Made by a program: the position numbers and the translations under genes
Notes under the pieces: generated by a model
The model's input: only the letters and a program-made list of their open reading frames with translations
Databases searched by the model: none
Told to the model about the DNA's origin: nothing
Source: Rubripirellula sp.
GTDB lineage: Bacteria; Planctomycetota; Planctomycetia; Pirellulales; Pirellulaceae
Direction of reading: 5' to 3'
DNA length: 64,000 nt
Assembly (NCBI GenBank): GCA_965216875.1
Contig: OZ244207.1
Coordinates: 6,624,001 to 6,688,000 of the forward strand
Part shown: piece after piece, positions 23,301 to 28,201 of the stretch
Position numbering within the stretch: the first letter of the stretch is position 1
Layout of the letters: each line of letters opens with the position of its first letter

Positions 23301-26300
23301 CACGGTCGGTCAACAATCGTCCATCAACGTGTTGCAGCGTAAACGGTTCGTCGCCCGATCCATCCGTGCGTGGCACCGAGATTGTGACACCGTCGAACGC
23401 ATCGATTGCGTCGGAAAGAATGCCCGCTGGAATCGCGGCGATGCGGTTGTCGCTCGGAACCGATGCGCTGATTACCGAAGTCTGCGGTTGTGGTTGCAGG
23501 TCGGGAATCGGACCTTCAAACGTCGACAGGACGCGGGGCGTCTTGATCCATTTCGAACCGCTGTAGATTCCATCGCGGTCGACGATCGTGTAGTCGTCAC
23601 CGCCTGATTGCGAAAGCAGAATTCGATGTGGGAGTTCCGCATTGTTTTCGTCGACAAAGTAAATGGCCGTAAAGGATTCGCCGCCGACCGATTCGGTTCG
23701 AACCAACCAGTCCCACGTGGTGGGCACCGACGAAATGTCGATACGGTCGCGACCGCCACCGCCGCGAACCGTGTCGACGCTCCAACCAACGATCGTGTCG
23801 TCGACGTTGGTCGTGGTGAAGACGAACGTTTCGTCTGCTGAGGTCCCGATGATCGTGTCGTTGTGGGGGCTCGCGATCACGCGATTGCCCGCTTGAATCG
23901 TGGCAAACGGAGAACCATCACGCGTGATCGATTGATTCGGCAGATCGATCACATAGTCGCCAGCAACCGATTGTTGCGACAGATCGATGGTTTGCGATCG
24001 AGGCGACGAAACGCCGGTTTGTGGGTTGCGTACGACTTGCCCGTTGATCGTGTCGCCGTCATCGACATCGAACGCAGTGTCGGCCAGGATCCCGGTTGTG
24101 AACGAATCAGCAAACGGCGACCCAATCACCTCGCTCAGTCCAACCACCGCGCGGTTCTCGAGACGTTCGCTCAGTTGGTTCACTTCGCCAAAGCCCGAGT
24201 CAAACAAAGTCGTGAGTCCACCAAGCCGTTGTCCTTCGATTCCGGTCGCCTTGCCGGTCGCGGTATCCGGCAGACCTGGGATGATGATTTCACCACCTGA
24301 AAGGAGCCAGGATTGAACCGTGTTCAAGGTGTCGTTGACCGCATCAAATACTGGCTCAAAACGATCGAAGGCTCCCAGGTCAGGTACGCTACTAAAGGTC
24401 CCGGCCGTGGTGTCGACCACGACCTGACGGCCGTAGTTGGAGTAGTCGAGTTTGACGCGACCAAAACTACCGCCCGACACCGTGCCGCGTAGCGTCGCAT
24501 CGTCATGCATGCGGACCGTCAAGGTTCCACCCTTGGGACCAACAAGCGACTCGATGTCCATCGCCGCGACGTAACTTGTTCCTTGACTGAGGATCTGTTG
24601 AATCAGGGAGGAATCGGGATCACCTGGCAACAGATCCGCAAGCGGTCGCGCCGTCGTTTCCTTGGCGACGACGAGATTGGTTGCAACGGGCGCATCGCCG
24701 TAGGTCGCAACGACTTCTTCAGGCGTGACGTTGGGATCGAAAAGAGCTTTGATTGCGTCAATCGCTTCTTCGACCGAAGAGATCGGGTAGACATCGACTT
24801 CGACGCTGCCTACGAGACCAGAGAAATCGAGCGTGTCGAGCGCGGCCGGAATCGGTTCGCCACCAATCGAAAGCTCAGGAAATTCAAAGACCGCAGCTGC
24901 GCCCCAAGCGTTACCAAAGCGATAGGTATCCGCGCCACCTAGCCCGGAAAGAAAGTCCAAACCGGGACGCAGGGTCTTGTGTTGAAAATCGTTGTTGGCG
25001 TTATCACCTTGGATCAGGTTGATACCCGCGCCGAAGGAGACGTCGGTGATGCGAGGATCAAGCCCACCCGATTCGAGTTCAAAACGTTTGATCCCTTTGA
25101 TCGTTTTGCTGATGTTCGACGACAGCATCGTCGTCAAGTCTCTCGTCTGCAGATTGACGATGTTCTTGTTAAACAGGTCGGACGGACCAGGTACCTTGAG
25201 TGGCTCGGTGAGATCAACGCGATGGCCGGGGCGAATTCCCGAGGGAGTGCTGATTTCGGTCGGCGCAACCCGCGACCAATGGGCACCGGCCGTGAAGATC
25301 AGTCTGCCGGGATAGTTCACGCCATCGAACACTCGATAGCTGTTTTCGTTTCGCCCGCTCTTGATCACCGTGTTGGCACCGACGCCAAGGATCGTGATCG
25401 TCGGGGCCTTGAGTCCAGGGACGTTGTCTTTGATCGAGTTGACCGTGCCCAAGCGAATGATCTCGACGGTGTCGTCCGCCTTGAAATCGAACCGCAGGGG
25501 CGTTGTTGTTCCACCAAAGTCGAGATTCAATTCGGCGTTTGCGGGGAGGGTCCGAGCGTCAATCGTGACACTGTTCCAGTTATTGTCGAACAGGAATTGT
25601 TGGTTCCCTTGTCCGGGGATGATTTCGGCAATGCGAGGATTGGCGATCTCGAGACGGTTGCTCAGCGGATCGTCAAACGTGCCAGCCGCTTTGTCGAAAC
25701 CGAGGGGGCCCGCTTCATTGCGCTGTCGCGTGAACGCACCTGTACCGATCGAGATCTTGCCAGCGGTGAAGCTGTAAGTGATCGGCTCGTTGACTCTTGA
25801 AAAGTCGAGCGCGTCCTCGGCACCTTCGAGAAACACGGTATCGATCCGATCGCGACCCCAGTTGGGACCCAATTGATAGACATCTCGGTTGCGCCCACCG
25901 ACAAGGATGTCGTTGCCTGGGCCACCGACAAGCAAGTCTTTTCCGGAGTCGCCAAGCAACAGGTCGTCGCCGGCACCCGCTTCGATCACGTCATCGCCCG
26001 CTTCGCCGCGAAGAATGTCCGGTCCAGCGCCGCCATCAAGGAAGTCGTTCCCCGCGTTGCCGAACAGATCATCGCTGCCACCACTGCCGAACAGGCCATC
26101 GTTGCCATCACCGCCATACAGTGAGTTGTCGTCTTCATTTCCGAACAAATGATCAAACTTGGAACCACCAAAGACGCCAAAGCTGTTGGTTGTCGACCCC
26201 TCGACCGCGGCGAAGTCGCCAATCTCAGTGCCGACGTTGAATTGGACGCCCAGTTTTGGGTTCGTCGAATCGAGCACTCGCGAATCGAAAATGTCTTGTA

Positions 26301-27903
26301 GTTCGATGCGTTCGGCGAGTTCTTGCAAGCGTTCACGTTGGTCGGCAAGCAGGTTGCCGCGCGCATCGCTCGGTGGTTTCGCCGCGTACCCGACTTGAGT
26401 CCCTCCCGACCCACCGTCCAGGTTTCCGACCAGACGCGCTCCTTCGAGGAACGTGATGCGGTCGAGTTTCGACGTTCCCGTGATGCTCGCAATGTTGTCA
26501 ATGACAAGCCGCTTGCCTGTTCGAAAGATGACGGTGACGCGGTTTCCTTTGGCGACGCCGGCAAGTGAAGCGACCTCGATGGTGACCATGGTCTGCAACG
26601 CCGAAAGGTCGAGCACAGACGTTGGCGTCGCATTGGATGCAATCGAATTCTCGACGATGAAGTCGCGCGTGCGCAGCGACAATCGCGAATAGTTGTCGCC
26701 AAAACCATCAAGCACTTGAAAGTTGTTCTGGCCTTTGCCAGCGATCAACTTTTCGATGAAGTCAGTTGCTTCGACACGATTGCTGCCGGAGGTGGCAACG
26801 ACGACGGGGCCAGGTGTCTTGCCGAATTGAAACTGGATGTCATCGACAACGGCTGCGAAACCAAGCGTGTCTTTTCCCGAGTTCGCTTGCTCGGTGACGG
26901 TAGTCGTCGTGCCCGATTCCGCCGTCCATGATTCGTCGAATCGGTAGGTGTCGTTGCCGCTGCCGCCGTCGAGTTGGTCGCTGCCACCTCCACCTTCGAG
27001 TTGGTCACGGCCGGAACCACCGGACAATTGGTCGTTGCCCGGTCCGCCTCGCAGCGTGTCGTTTCCAGACTGGCCCAACAACACATCGTTGCCTGTGCCG
27101 CCCAGGATCAAATCATCGCCGCTGCCACCGTCAAGTTCCGGATCGTCATTGGGGCCACCATCGATCGTGTCATTGCCTGATTCACCGAAAAGAGAATCGC
27201 GACCGCCGCCACCTTCGATTTGGTCGCCCCCTTTTCCGCCGGCGATGGTGTTGTCGAATTCGTTGCCAACCAATTGATCATTGCCGCGACCGCCAAAGAC
27301 ATCGCTGATGCCGATCAACTCGGTGAATTCGACGTCGCCAACCTTTGCACCGTTGTTGATCGAGTCGAGTGACAGGTTCACACGCTTGGTCGAACCAAAC
27401 AAACCGCTTGAGTCGGCGAATGAGAGAATCGTTGCATCTGCAAAAACTTGTCCAATGATCGAGCCGTTCTTAAGCGACGCCCCTTTTTCGACGATGAAGT
27501 CGTTTGTACCCGAGCCAGGTTCGAAACCTTCGATGCCAGTAGCGATCAGGCGTTTGCCCGGCGCAGTAACGACCACACGTGAGTCGGCCTGGACGCGAAA
27601 CGTCAAATCCTCGGTCAGCGCGCTAAAGTCGAGGACATCGCGCGAGCCGCCGGCATCCTCGATGCTTAGGTCTTGCCAAGTTGAATTGGCCGACAAGACA
27701 TACCGGTCCGATTCCTCGGTGCCGGTGAAAGTTTCACCTGCCGAATCGATCGGGACCTGTGCGAGCAAGCGTCGATCTTCGAGCAGTTCCAACAACGCTC
27801 GCCGCTTTGACGCCCGGCTAGCATGTGTCGGGCTTGATTGTGGCCGGAGGCGACGATCGTTGGGGCGGTTTTTGTTGCGGCTGGGGGAGGTGAGTGGAAA
27901 CAT
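2347..27903 (-). CDS. Giant (8518 aa) planctomycete extracellular RTX/PKD/cadherin-like mosaic protein, putative adhesin with a metzincin-like domain
   Basis: Uninterrupted 25.5-kb ORF. N-terminal KRRALLELLEDRRLLA motif; many GGxGxDxL nonapeptides; HEIGHTIGLRD; Gly-rich tract; lactonase-like propeller repeats (AVSPDGRNVYVA); P-domain; WGDG PKD repeats; NDAPVA...HDGSET repeats; C-terminal RTX block. Confidence 0.93.
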   Translation of the reverse strand: MFPLTSPSRNKNRPNDRRLRPQSSPTHASRASKRRALLELLEDRRLLAQVPIDSAGETFTGTEESDRYVLSANSTWQDLSIEDAGGSRDVLDFSALTEDLTFRVQADSRVVVTAPGKRLIATGIEGFEPGSGTNDFIVEKGASLKNGSIIGQVFADATILSFADSSGLFGSTKRVNLSLDSINNGAKVGDVEFTELIGISDVFGGRGNDQLVGNEFDNTIAGGKGGDQIEGGGGRDSLFGESGNDTIDGGPNDDPELDGGSGDDLILGGTGNDVLLGQSGNDTLRGGPGNDQLSGGSGRDQLEGGGGSDQLDGGSGNDTYRFDESWTAESGTTTTVTEQANSGKDTLGFAAVVDDIQFQFGKTPGPVVVATSGSNRVEATDFIEKLIAGKGQNNFQVLDGFGDNYSRLSLRTRDFIVENSIASNATPTSVLDLSALQTMVTIEVASLAGVAKGNRVTVIFRTGKRLVIDNIASITGTSKLDRITFLEGARLVGNLDGGSGGTQVGYAAKPPSDARGNLLADQRERLQELAERIELQDIFDSRVLDSTNPKLGVQFNVGTEIGDFAAVEGSTTNSFGVFGGSKFDHLFGNEDDNSLYGGDGNDGLFGSGGSDDLFGNAGNDFLDGGAGPDILRGEAGDDVIEAGAGDDLLLGDSGKDLLVGGPGNDILVGGRNRDVYQLGPNWGRDRIDTVFLEGAEDALDFSRVNEPITYSFTAGKISIGTGAFTRQRNEAGPLGFDKAAGTFDDPLSNRLEIANPRIAEIIPGQGNQQFLFDNNWNSVTIDARTLPANAELNLDFGGTTTPLRFDFKADDTVEIIRLGTVNSIKDNVPGLKAPTITILGVGANTVIKSGRNENSYRVFDGVNYPGRLIFTAGAHWSRVAPTEISTPSGIRPGHRVDLTEPLKVPGPSDLFNKNIVNLQTRDLTTMLSSNISKTIKGIKRFELESGGLDPRITDVSFGAGINLIQGDNANNDFQHKTLRPGLDFLSGLGGADTYRFGNAWGAAAVFEFPELSIGGEPIPAALDTLDFSGLVGSVEVDVYPISSVEEAIDAIKALFDPNVTPEEVVATYGDAPVATNLVVAKETTARPLADLLPGDPDSSLIQQILSQGTSYVAAMDIESLVGPKGGTLTVRMHDDATLRGTVSGGSFGRVKLDYSNYGRQVVVDTTAGTFSSVPDLGAFDRFEPVFDAVNDTLNTVQSWLLSGGEIIIPGLPDTATGKATGIEGQRLGGLTTLFDSGFGEVNQLSERLENRAVVGLSEVIGSPFADSFTTGILADTAFDVDDGDTINGQVVRNPQTGVSSPRSQTIDLSQQSVAGDYVIDLPNQSITRDGSPFATIQAGNRVIASPHNDTIIGTSADETFVFTTTNVDDTIVGWSVDTVRGGGGRDRIDISSVPTTWDWLVRTESVGGESFTAIYFVDENNAELPHRILLSQSGGDDYTIVDRDGIYSGSKWIKTPRVLSTFEGPIPDLQPQPQTSVISASVPSDNRIAAIPAGILSDAIDAFDGVTISVPRTDGSGDEPFTLQHVDGRLLTDRGGVLVDPAQLSVRIVDLPGTDLSARTPSGELLIDATAADFGWHVTEDPVPAGKIDLKSVLIHEIARGLRIDSSAAIMQSELAPGELRRDVPTSIAQSSGPSVQQALTAPQLPAAAITEVDESIDAIIDQAVARWQAADLVVAGDTSATVVVPRPSISFGHLPESELARRLADGTILIDSTAGGHFWHVDLTPESDESVPEGNIDLLTVVMHEIGHTIGLRDSNDGAGLMAAEIAPGVRWNPPAETTSVVNTQSPEQVRLVQGLDAFGNWVGGLGEQLDRFLSSSVEIPFIGDVNLAGILGIELGAADPLLDGLQQNVVDQVAAIFADGGDLDGDGVITTMDLALQPNLDFASSSNEVAFVATLDLPSLDSEQSFAFDLSKLRIGDLDPTSLGIRVASDAVPTIEVSAGIDLQFLFGLDANGQFYVDSPNLVASLQASSGDEPLDVDIAIGPFGLSIDGGSIEIGGEMSLGTDVRLDYPALLSNQVSPMLLVPSLSAGGGFEIDLPLSLTGALAGVNREGLAIRASGEITAGVGSLDSLIADIELETPGLSDLFDLRGVSLDQILDALVAGLDALVDEDPENGSLIARKLPGINQSAIDLFGDGTADLITGLKNAIEDVRSDSSSSLGTLAGQLNAAVNGVLGFDADPFALRYENSTLLVDFAFEKALADVEFDFELDLRDLFLDDIQSFIDNSPLLDGVRDRIDLDAIEASIGGDDGNVKLVASGSAGVDFGFGLDLSDVTDPIKFLDDQSEIFVAVDAGLGAPVDVEVQLDLARLVGVQDASLGTIGFLIDDATVDLDVRAAYGLADHEDDRYELSSINSDDLEVSVEIATEINLPLFLASDIPVGGTTEDRNADAIPDHVLHIGAAFEEGELSFDLAGPGVEQLLGIGALLNDPAKVLSGLESTFDLLESDIDAQLDSIGLPLVGDALSDAASFVADLRDDVLGVKGSDGVYTGGRVGQRLQEAVQNGESVIDVLRQGLFDALGAVGGGENLLRVPVLDAEGRPTYDATGNLVLREVTSPEDIGITISDDTVEFNVVLADTIFQKTLPITFDASAPGLGLSTSGDAGLVFDLGYTFGFGFGLSAADLFYVDTAGVTDSGSELSLDFSASVTPGSSLEGQLGFLRVMLDESVDDDGQSRLFGGIEIDLQDGDGNDRWSPLKAEALSVTGRVTAGANVDLDAVVEIPASDGLQFPSIRTVIHYDQTFAEAEFGTGGSSASFGDAPVVVFENVTLELGEFVSGFVSPLVTQVSKVIDPVKPIVDLLTTDIRFLEQLGASATSLLDIAEVVLGPTKFKSVATGVRAIEQVGDFVDSIKAFEAIGGESLDIDLGTFTVGGDLRTGQGVAGGDGAKDPQTQIDQNAQNQETKNVAKNFGTTKGSFQFPLLSQPITAFNMLLGKDADLFVYNLPGLNLNFRYVKSYPVFPGLNARLGGRVTADTNFDFGFNTSGLKTWADGGFNLADVGKVFDGFFIDDHVTFDPNFAVVDGNGVVKSDKPEVTLTSSIIAGASVGVPGLVEAGVEGGIKAAIEFDLNDVPNPFLSTESQKIHDGRLSVDELSTRLSQGPSCVFDTEGQLSAFLDAFFWVGVDLGIFGQQTLFEARRSFVNEVIGKFNFTCADPNAQIAELDAGVLTLDYVPGPGEPVNPTQGEIYQVQQKQIRVNPLSKTDFSTHERIVVTSRGNVVDFAPADVDEIRINGTSRADEYILDTGVSANLFVDGGAGNDLIQLTGSGTFQYEISGGAGNDMIFGSSAPERLRGGAGDDMISGGGGDDDIGGGTGNDMLRGDGGNDLISGDDDNDFLGGDQGDDLLIGGDGDDNIEGGEGDDQIYGDVVSIDAFGVVTLVTSTGAGDDFLKGGAGTDAVWGQAGDDSLAGGSGRDQVRGGSGGDTIDWQVGDGADTLVDGGQSTFAVNTDPETGEIIDDDANPTGVFLPVGTTEVPDPDTLRLFAPEGRFSDALTISPNASSNARVDIVYFSSGIGDALAIDDFQRISISLGEGADRVDVQDLSATTITDIDIDFGTGEILESTTIEEDQFVGETLLVESEGTPTVFPNDAPFADQTQTAIAFERQLHEGGSFLFDADGAPVLVELSNVDGDVVLDDAGNPVLVQQNNGGTPQFDEVGMPITERVETRTLSEFRTVPQVFPTSEPLAENTTPIGDTFLRVQHDGGLFQFDASGQPVLVPIIVDATEILVHQNIGGEPIVDAGGQPIIEEVQLRSIQRSKRVEIPVLDSDGNAQVDTEGNLVTETFITPEFGIDSQVDVLRVVGSASSDTFDVRTDGELVYVAQQGGATVSIANSQRIGGSADDQLIIETLDGDDAIFASDVATDRIALSMLAGSGDDEIVGSPFADLIHSGSGDDLVTGGAGVDAFVDASGNDTLLETRDANFTLSDEQLVVASLDFGRTETDAEGNSNPSPRLETGREVEFINGQFETVQLLGYNDLAGLHPSLSVNVFTLRDFTGKAFLDGGQSGDQYQITLSGTSNSNINSTVEIGEDDDNLGIDNLAIFGTNVADTFVFDVDVVQRLAPRPEDAGDGSTFDTLDEFSTDIVVRDTSVTEAFRQIVDYRSAENVMVSGRDGNDLFIVDDSSTELSVHGDGGSDRFFIGNVLSTKSIVDPKLGRIDVVDEITNGVSFPASFFGGSGNDYFEVNHNIAEISLFGEAGDDTFFLQAHITTESDDNFTPSEEINVFSEEGERDTLSYVKNAPVNIFGGDGFDTLVVLGTQVDDVFTIFVENVDVDGELVPTQRIYGAGLVIPEIQGIERLIILTGAGDDTVYLYGTLDDQEIQIITGSGNDTVYVGGDAVDLDVVIPASKYTQVTRTPQPDIVTTERVLTRAAYSYQVLVGYGINVGRVKLFPQYKRVYVPARYKTIVRRTAQPDLVETEVIDVPESTLPVFVPETRNLSGIKGPVIVDGLTRSNVRDQDGNDTGVLGDDTIIFDNRFADLDLDGDQSADGQIDGSLEQRLVEDVSITTDPAQLASVIPEGVAPDVLEVVVRNKLRDLHRIRREGLIHEMLAPENRSETTEVTLRTGTLVNLFDNPSALDNFLAFSQLHPFTASIEPVFDPVEGREINRLQVSESATLSSGIAIDIEVEYDLAFEVTQVRVVAAEPISLDVPNTFVTAVNLESAMTFDTVSGFGTGNGIYYTAFNVVDLHLTDSDDHLRIDETLDRATTTLFAGGGDDQVDVNGASGIVRLQAGAGDDQINLGDGQLGGIESTLFVDGGSGIDRVSHDASLVDEGLTVALGRRSTTGLPMRGVVDYGEQVEEVELLLGSGNDSIAIALGNESDGSPASTPLSRAIVNGSLGNDRLEFTLFGEADGTDQVETQQVEEVVFSNENNSAATEWVITEGNLGVVSQDVFMPLLTTNAASNMALHLSDDSLAGDSLNVWDTPTGMVQTVVNLRGGDDTVSIGDPSQSKQLADVRSSLILVGDEGSNSLLLDDRHAPVATSRVGTLTDSELTGLTAAPVSFTQFGGGIDFAGAELADYQLTIEETAAPTQLTLGGGSDSVRIESTAHAVNVELGTGDNTVTVLSARESINVVGDATGTNRLVVDRSAATLAVIDGLVADSTIPGHGEILGVAAADVASRLQASITFEQIQQVDVRLGSGNDHIAIDTAAGDGLDETDIVVDAGQGSDAITLRSIAASTAVVGGGGDDQVTAIITGFPQANQFMAASFDIETLVVDNSESDTAVAWTRDDATVLRADTLPSSGVPIDVIDTTGAGLTKVSGSRAADSLTVQAATGSGSIDAAINGDRIDLESGVVVLDQSRFEVIADQRSAIRFDRLGSQVVFDGTPYTERGFTLTSTGTLSVDHSPSPSLVASSVDDILALSADDGSTFALVTVDVAQVDVAQTIVFEATTSLGAQAIATIGVPAGTSIARLELPASFASITSVTVTGLVGSIDNLVVPVVHTVTPLPQATTTSNVIEIDTTSLGINGVGSGGLFNNTPFFASIVQNGTVAQFRFAGDLNIPNGTTVRVVGARDRGVSLVAADDVLIGDDVVFDFAGSGSLPGPGGGAGAVAALGGAAGFGGAGGFGGGGGTGGAGGVSTDCGFTLLGIFDDNKCEIESGDSGKSGDPGAGGNAGSGGSAGQSGTQGQAGINASGGGTGGSGGFTTEDGLVGSGGLNTPDDPFVLSGGSGGGAGGAGGGGQGGAGGTGGRGGTGGRGGASGRGYVNTPGAGGIWGNLTGGSGGRGGTGGRGGTGGSGGVGGTGGAGGGGGGAIEIIAAGRLSIAGDLNANLNVTRFEIAGGDGLAGTVGASGAVGSTGSSGGPGSSGTDGGDLNGLPGTSAGDGGSGSGGNRGASGAAGGSGGDGASGGGGSAGTVKLVGAAIDIDPSVIVDARGGGGGQSNSGDGRVVIASGAGTGSLSLESDRGTVSSFTIDAVPTFAASENPFVEGTPLTPHLPGLVGGAEAFGLLDVDANTIAGIDRANHPDATVAVVRLDAFDFDQNAETDDDYAGFDVLMLVNLTDTLLSGAQLGAVTDATGSVFLQPLAVGGVASDPDFGGTLGSGPGGSINLNTLAPNAIWATLIPEASTTISAAIDASTTSSATSPLANGQVLYLQGSDTGFDGTLDGLAGIAISSDGQQIYGVDSRNDTLVVLNANDRSLRQTFRDGLDGVDGLGGANGVAVSPDGRNVYVAGAGESKLAFFTRNLTTGNLTFRESVATPSGTLTSMEMSPDGRRLYVGSTTGLRLFTIAPNGSPLPPTTLTGTSISDLESSRDGELLFATDANSGRVLSYRQDSFATIIDVDVQVNIDHDRAEDLDVFLIGPSGRSVELFTDVGGTGNDFANTILDDEAAIPITSGNAPFFGRYRPERPLSAFDGGFPNGWWTLRVTDDFSSPFTSDGGRLLNWRVTIQTADGITRVYSASSGALLTRNTVTSRVFVPGVAPTIGPIQVIQDSATTELAGASAVTVSRDDQFVYVAATDNDAISVLRRDAVTDQLSLVDVVRNGIDDVRGLFGVDNLQTTPNGRYLIATSEVNDSVAVFARDLNTGSLQFLQNLRSLGNRNSGLINPSDIVVASDSQLYVASTGDNRNSGGLTTFDIETETPQPLRIETAFSNIESIRVVTPEGNDNVRLIAAPGSPVNTIRIETGDGNDVVSLLDAVANTVVELGTGDDQTTIALTRSNVGVGVDAAAGSDTVIVETLGTDSTIDIDAGIDDDLVRVAGSQIPATSNIAIDGQDDRDVLEFAPAGLDVQTLPAPLPDGTIRVVDRGEVAYQSLEVVSTFAAPLIDFAEDVFVTSEGEDLAVSANVTSPQSGIAVPTTQWDIDGDGLFGDVTGSEIAVTWSQLREFGLGDDGTYQIALRAVDELGRASVRYANVQIDNVAATLDVSDPPSVAVGQEVTIQFSSNDPGLDQTETWQIDWGDGTIETYGSSATSANHTYLDAGDFEISIQSTDDDAVVVETTRNVSVAATQASIDDVEIAEGDSLTLTATTIGTPTLTWDVNGDGDFTDAIGNNVLISWSDLQSLSPPINDDGIYAVTARATYSDGTFSDSAASLVVTNTAPTAQIATTGDGSQEGDTVRLELLQAFDPSDADSAGGGANFRYSFDIDGDGQYEIDQQSESFVEFIVPQSGTRNVRAMIHDDDGSTEYSDSFNVLEVAPTLSVDVIDANGNVLDPLFQPNEGDEYRLRLSASDPGDDEIGTWILQWGDGSTSTVRAATGEVVHTYLDDGLYSVRIAAFDDDGEYLLEQSVQVGNVQPTITASSSGTATEGGLFEITLEATDPGNDRISLWQIDWGDGSPIEEVDGDERIASHVYRDADSAGSQYQINVTGIDEDGQTSAQPISVQVTNVEPTATVALNASQIVEGGTATLSIGSPIDPGLDLITEYAIDWGDGSPIELVSPTFIALSDGAFEVQPVSLTHTYTDGDASHLVSVTATDEDGQYTIEDAMAINIINVSPSLVVSAPPRVTQGESLPLSFGDLSDPGEDTVVEYRVTWETGTDAEVFASLSGLSHIYSIFGEKTIFVDVVDEDGIHRVAQQSIYVNAAPTASGDTLSIDEGSSGRVAVIANDNDSEQEIDPSSVLIVDGPIHGTFQVNLDGTVDYRHDGSETTLDQFTYTVRDADGAISNIATATINIAPINDAPVANPDGASIAEGGVFTIDVAANDVDADSLLDLESIVIADAPSFGIASMNDAGQVTYTHDGSETLADSFTYVIRDAEGRQSNRATVSVTITPVNDAPFAFDDSVTTDEGSTGLSVPVLANDTDAENQIVADSVMIIDQPANGTAEVNADGSVDYSHDGSETTSDSFTYTFTDADGVTSNVATVHITIDPINDPPQASNDDAVVLEGNSVAIDVVLNDFDAESSLDLDAVEILEGPSHGAVNVVDNELVYQHDGSETLADSFTYTLRDDEGVLSNIATVAIEVTAVNDSPDALNDSAVVDEGGQVTVDVAINDTDADDGIDVESIQIIDQPLYGSVTIVGSGNVLYQHDGSETTSDLFTYVIADQTGAASQTATVTIDINSVNDAPVANADSATVDEAGAVNVNIAGNDRDVDGSLRFNSIVITSNPNHGQVIVQPNGSVDYIHDGSETTSDTFTYTIEDNDGTISEAATVLVDTNPINDAPVAFADAVTTQQNQPIKIDVLANDVDPEGQPLLYRITAEPSHGTLVPQADGSLTYVPAASFFGTDQFSYVASDSDLESDPANVTITVTEFEQGATLLDGVLRIVGTEAADRITLRKSGTNLVVLLRPEGQDRQSWTFAEADIERIEIYSLEGNDRIQIAHRIDLPTLIESGDGDDRIHSGSGDDTIRPGDGNDNVESGGGDDIIIDLLGHNRIWSGSGNDNITTGDGNDRITSGLGDDTIDAGHGNNRVLAGTGNDLVRSGDGNDWIAGGAGDDTIFSGAGNDKVFGQAGDDVIVGGDNHDLLLGGTGRDLMIGGSGSDLLDGSYGEDLLVCSVWQHADSIEAIQAVQETWRNRNKSFSDRVDEVFTGVGANQAFAINDDTVASDNAIDIVRGGPNDDLIWADDEDIRIGLDEYLSGL
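3340..5340 (-). repeat. Seven tandem ~95-aa cadherin-like/Ig repeats within the giant protein
   Basis: Repeat starts NAAPTA, NDAPVA, NDAPFA, NDPPQA, NDSPDA, NDAPVA, NDAPVA; six carry Y-x-HDGSET-x-x-D-x-FTY. Confidence 0.85.
5341..7610 (-). repeat. About eight PKD-like beta-sandwich repeats within the giant protein
   Basis: Recurring W(D/Q)xDWGDG / WDxxGDG / HTYxD motifs separated by V(T/G)NVxP linkers. Confidence 0.8.
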
Positions 27904-28201
27904 TCTGGCTGACGAACAAGTGGGATTGATCTATGATCGGGACGGGGCGCCTGAACACCGACGGGGCTCTTTGAGCCACAGGGAGGAGATCATTCGGTGG
28001 TCGGGAGTCGAGTGCGATTGGGTGATTCAACGCCGCCGTTTTCCCGGTGGAAAGCGTCGAAACGGGTCGCTGGAGAGACTTGTCCCAACAAGCTTGTGAC
28101 CGGTTAGCGTGTTCAACCGCCACAGATTTCCAAGCTGAAATTTTCTTCCAACACCGGCTTCGCCAAAGCTTCACAAACGAGAGAGAAACCCGGGGAATTT
28201 G

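Noticed and set aside
2347..27903. Giant protein as a pore-forming RTX toxin or MARTX
   Set aside because: No hemolysin hydrophobic domain, cysteine-protease autoprocessing domain, acyltransferase or T1SS genes were seen; the architecture is adhesin-like.
2378..28099. Many 60-370 aa ORFs overlapping or antisense to the giant gene
   Set aside because: Shadow ORFs expected from high-GC codon bias; no recognisable motifs. The Pro-rich ones simply mirror the Gly-rich tract.
28090..28135. Possible ECF promoter for the giant gene (minus strand TGTGGC...GTCACA)
   Set aside because: I have no reliable consensus for this ECF group, so it cannot be supported by eye.
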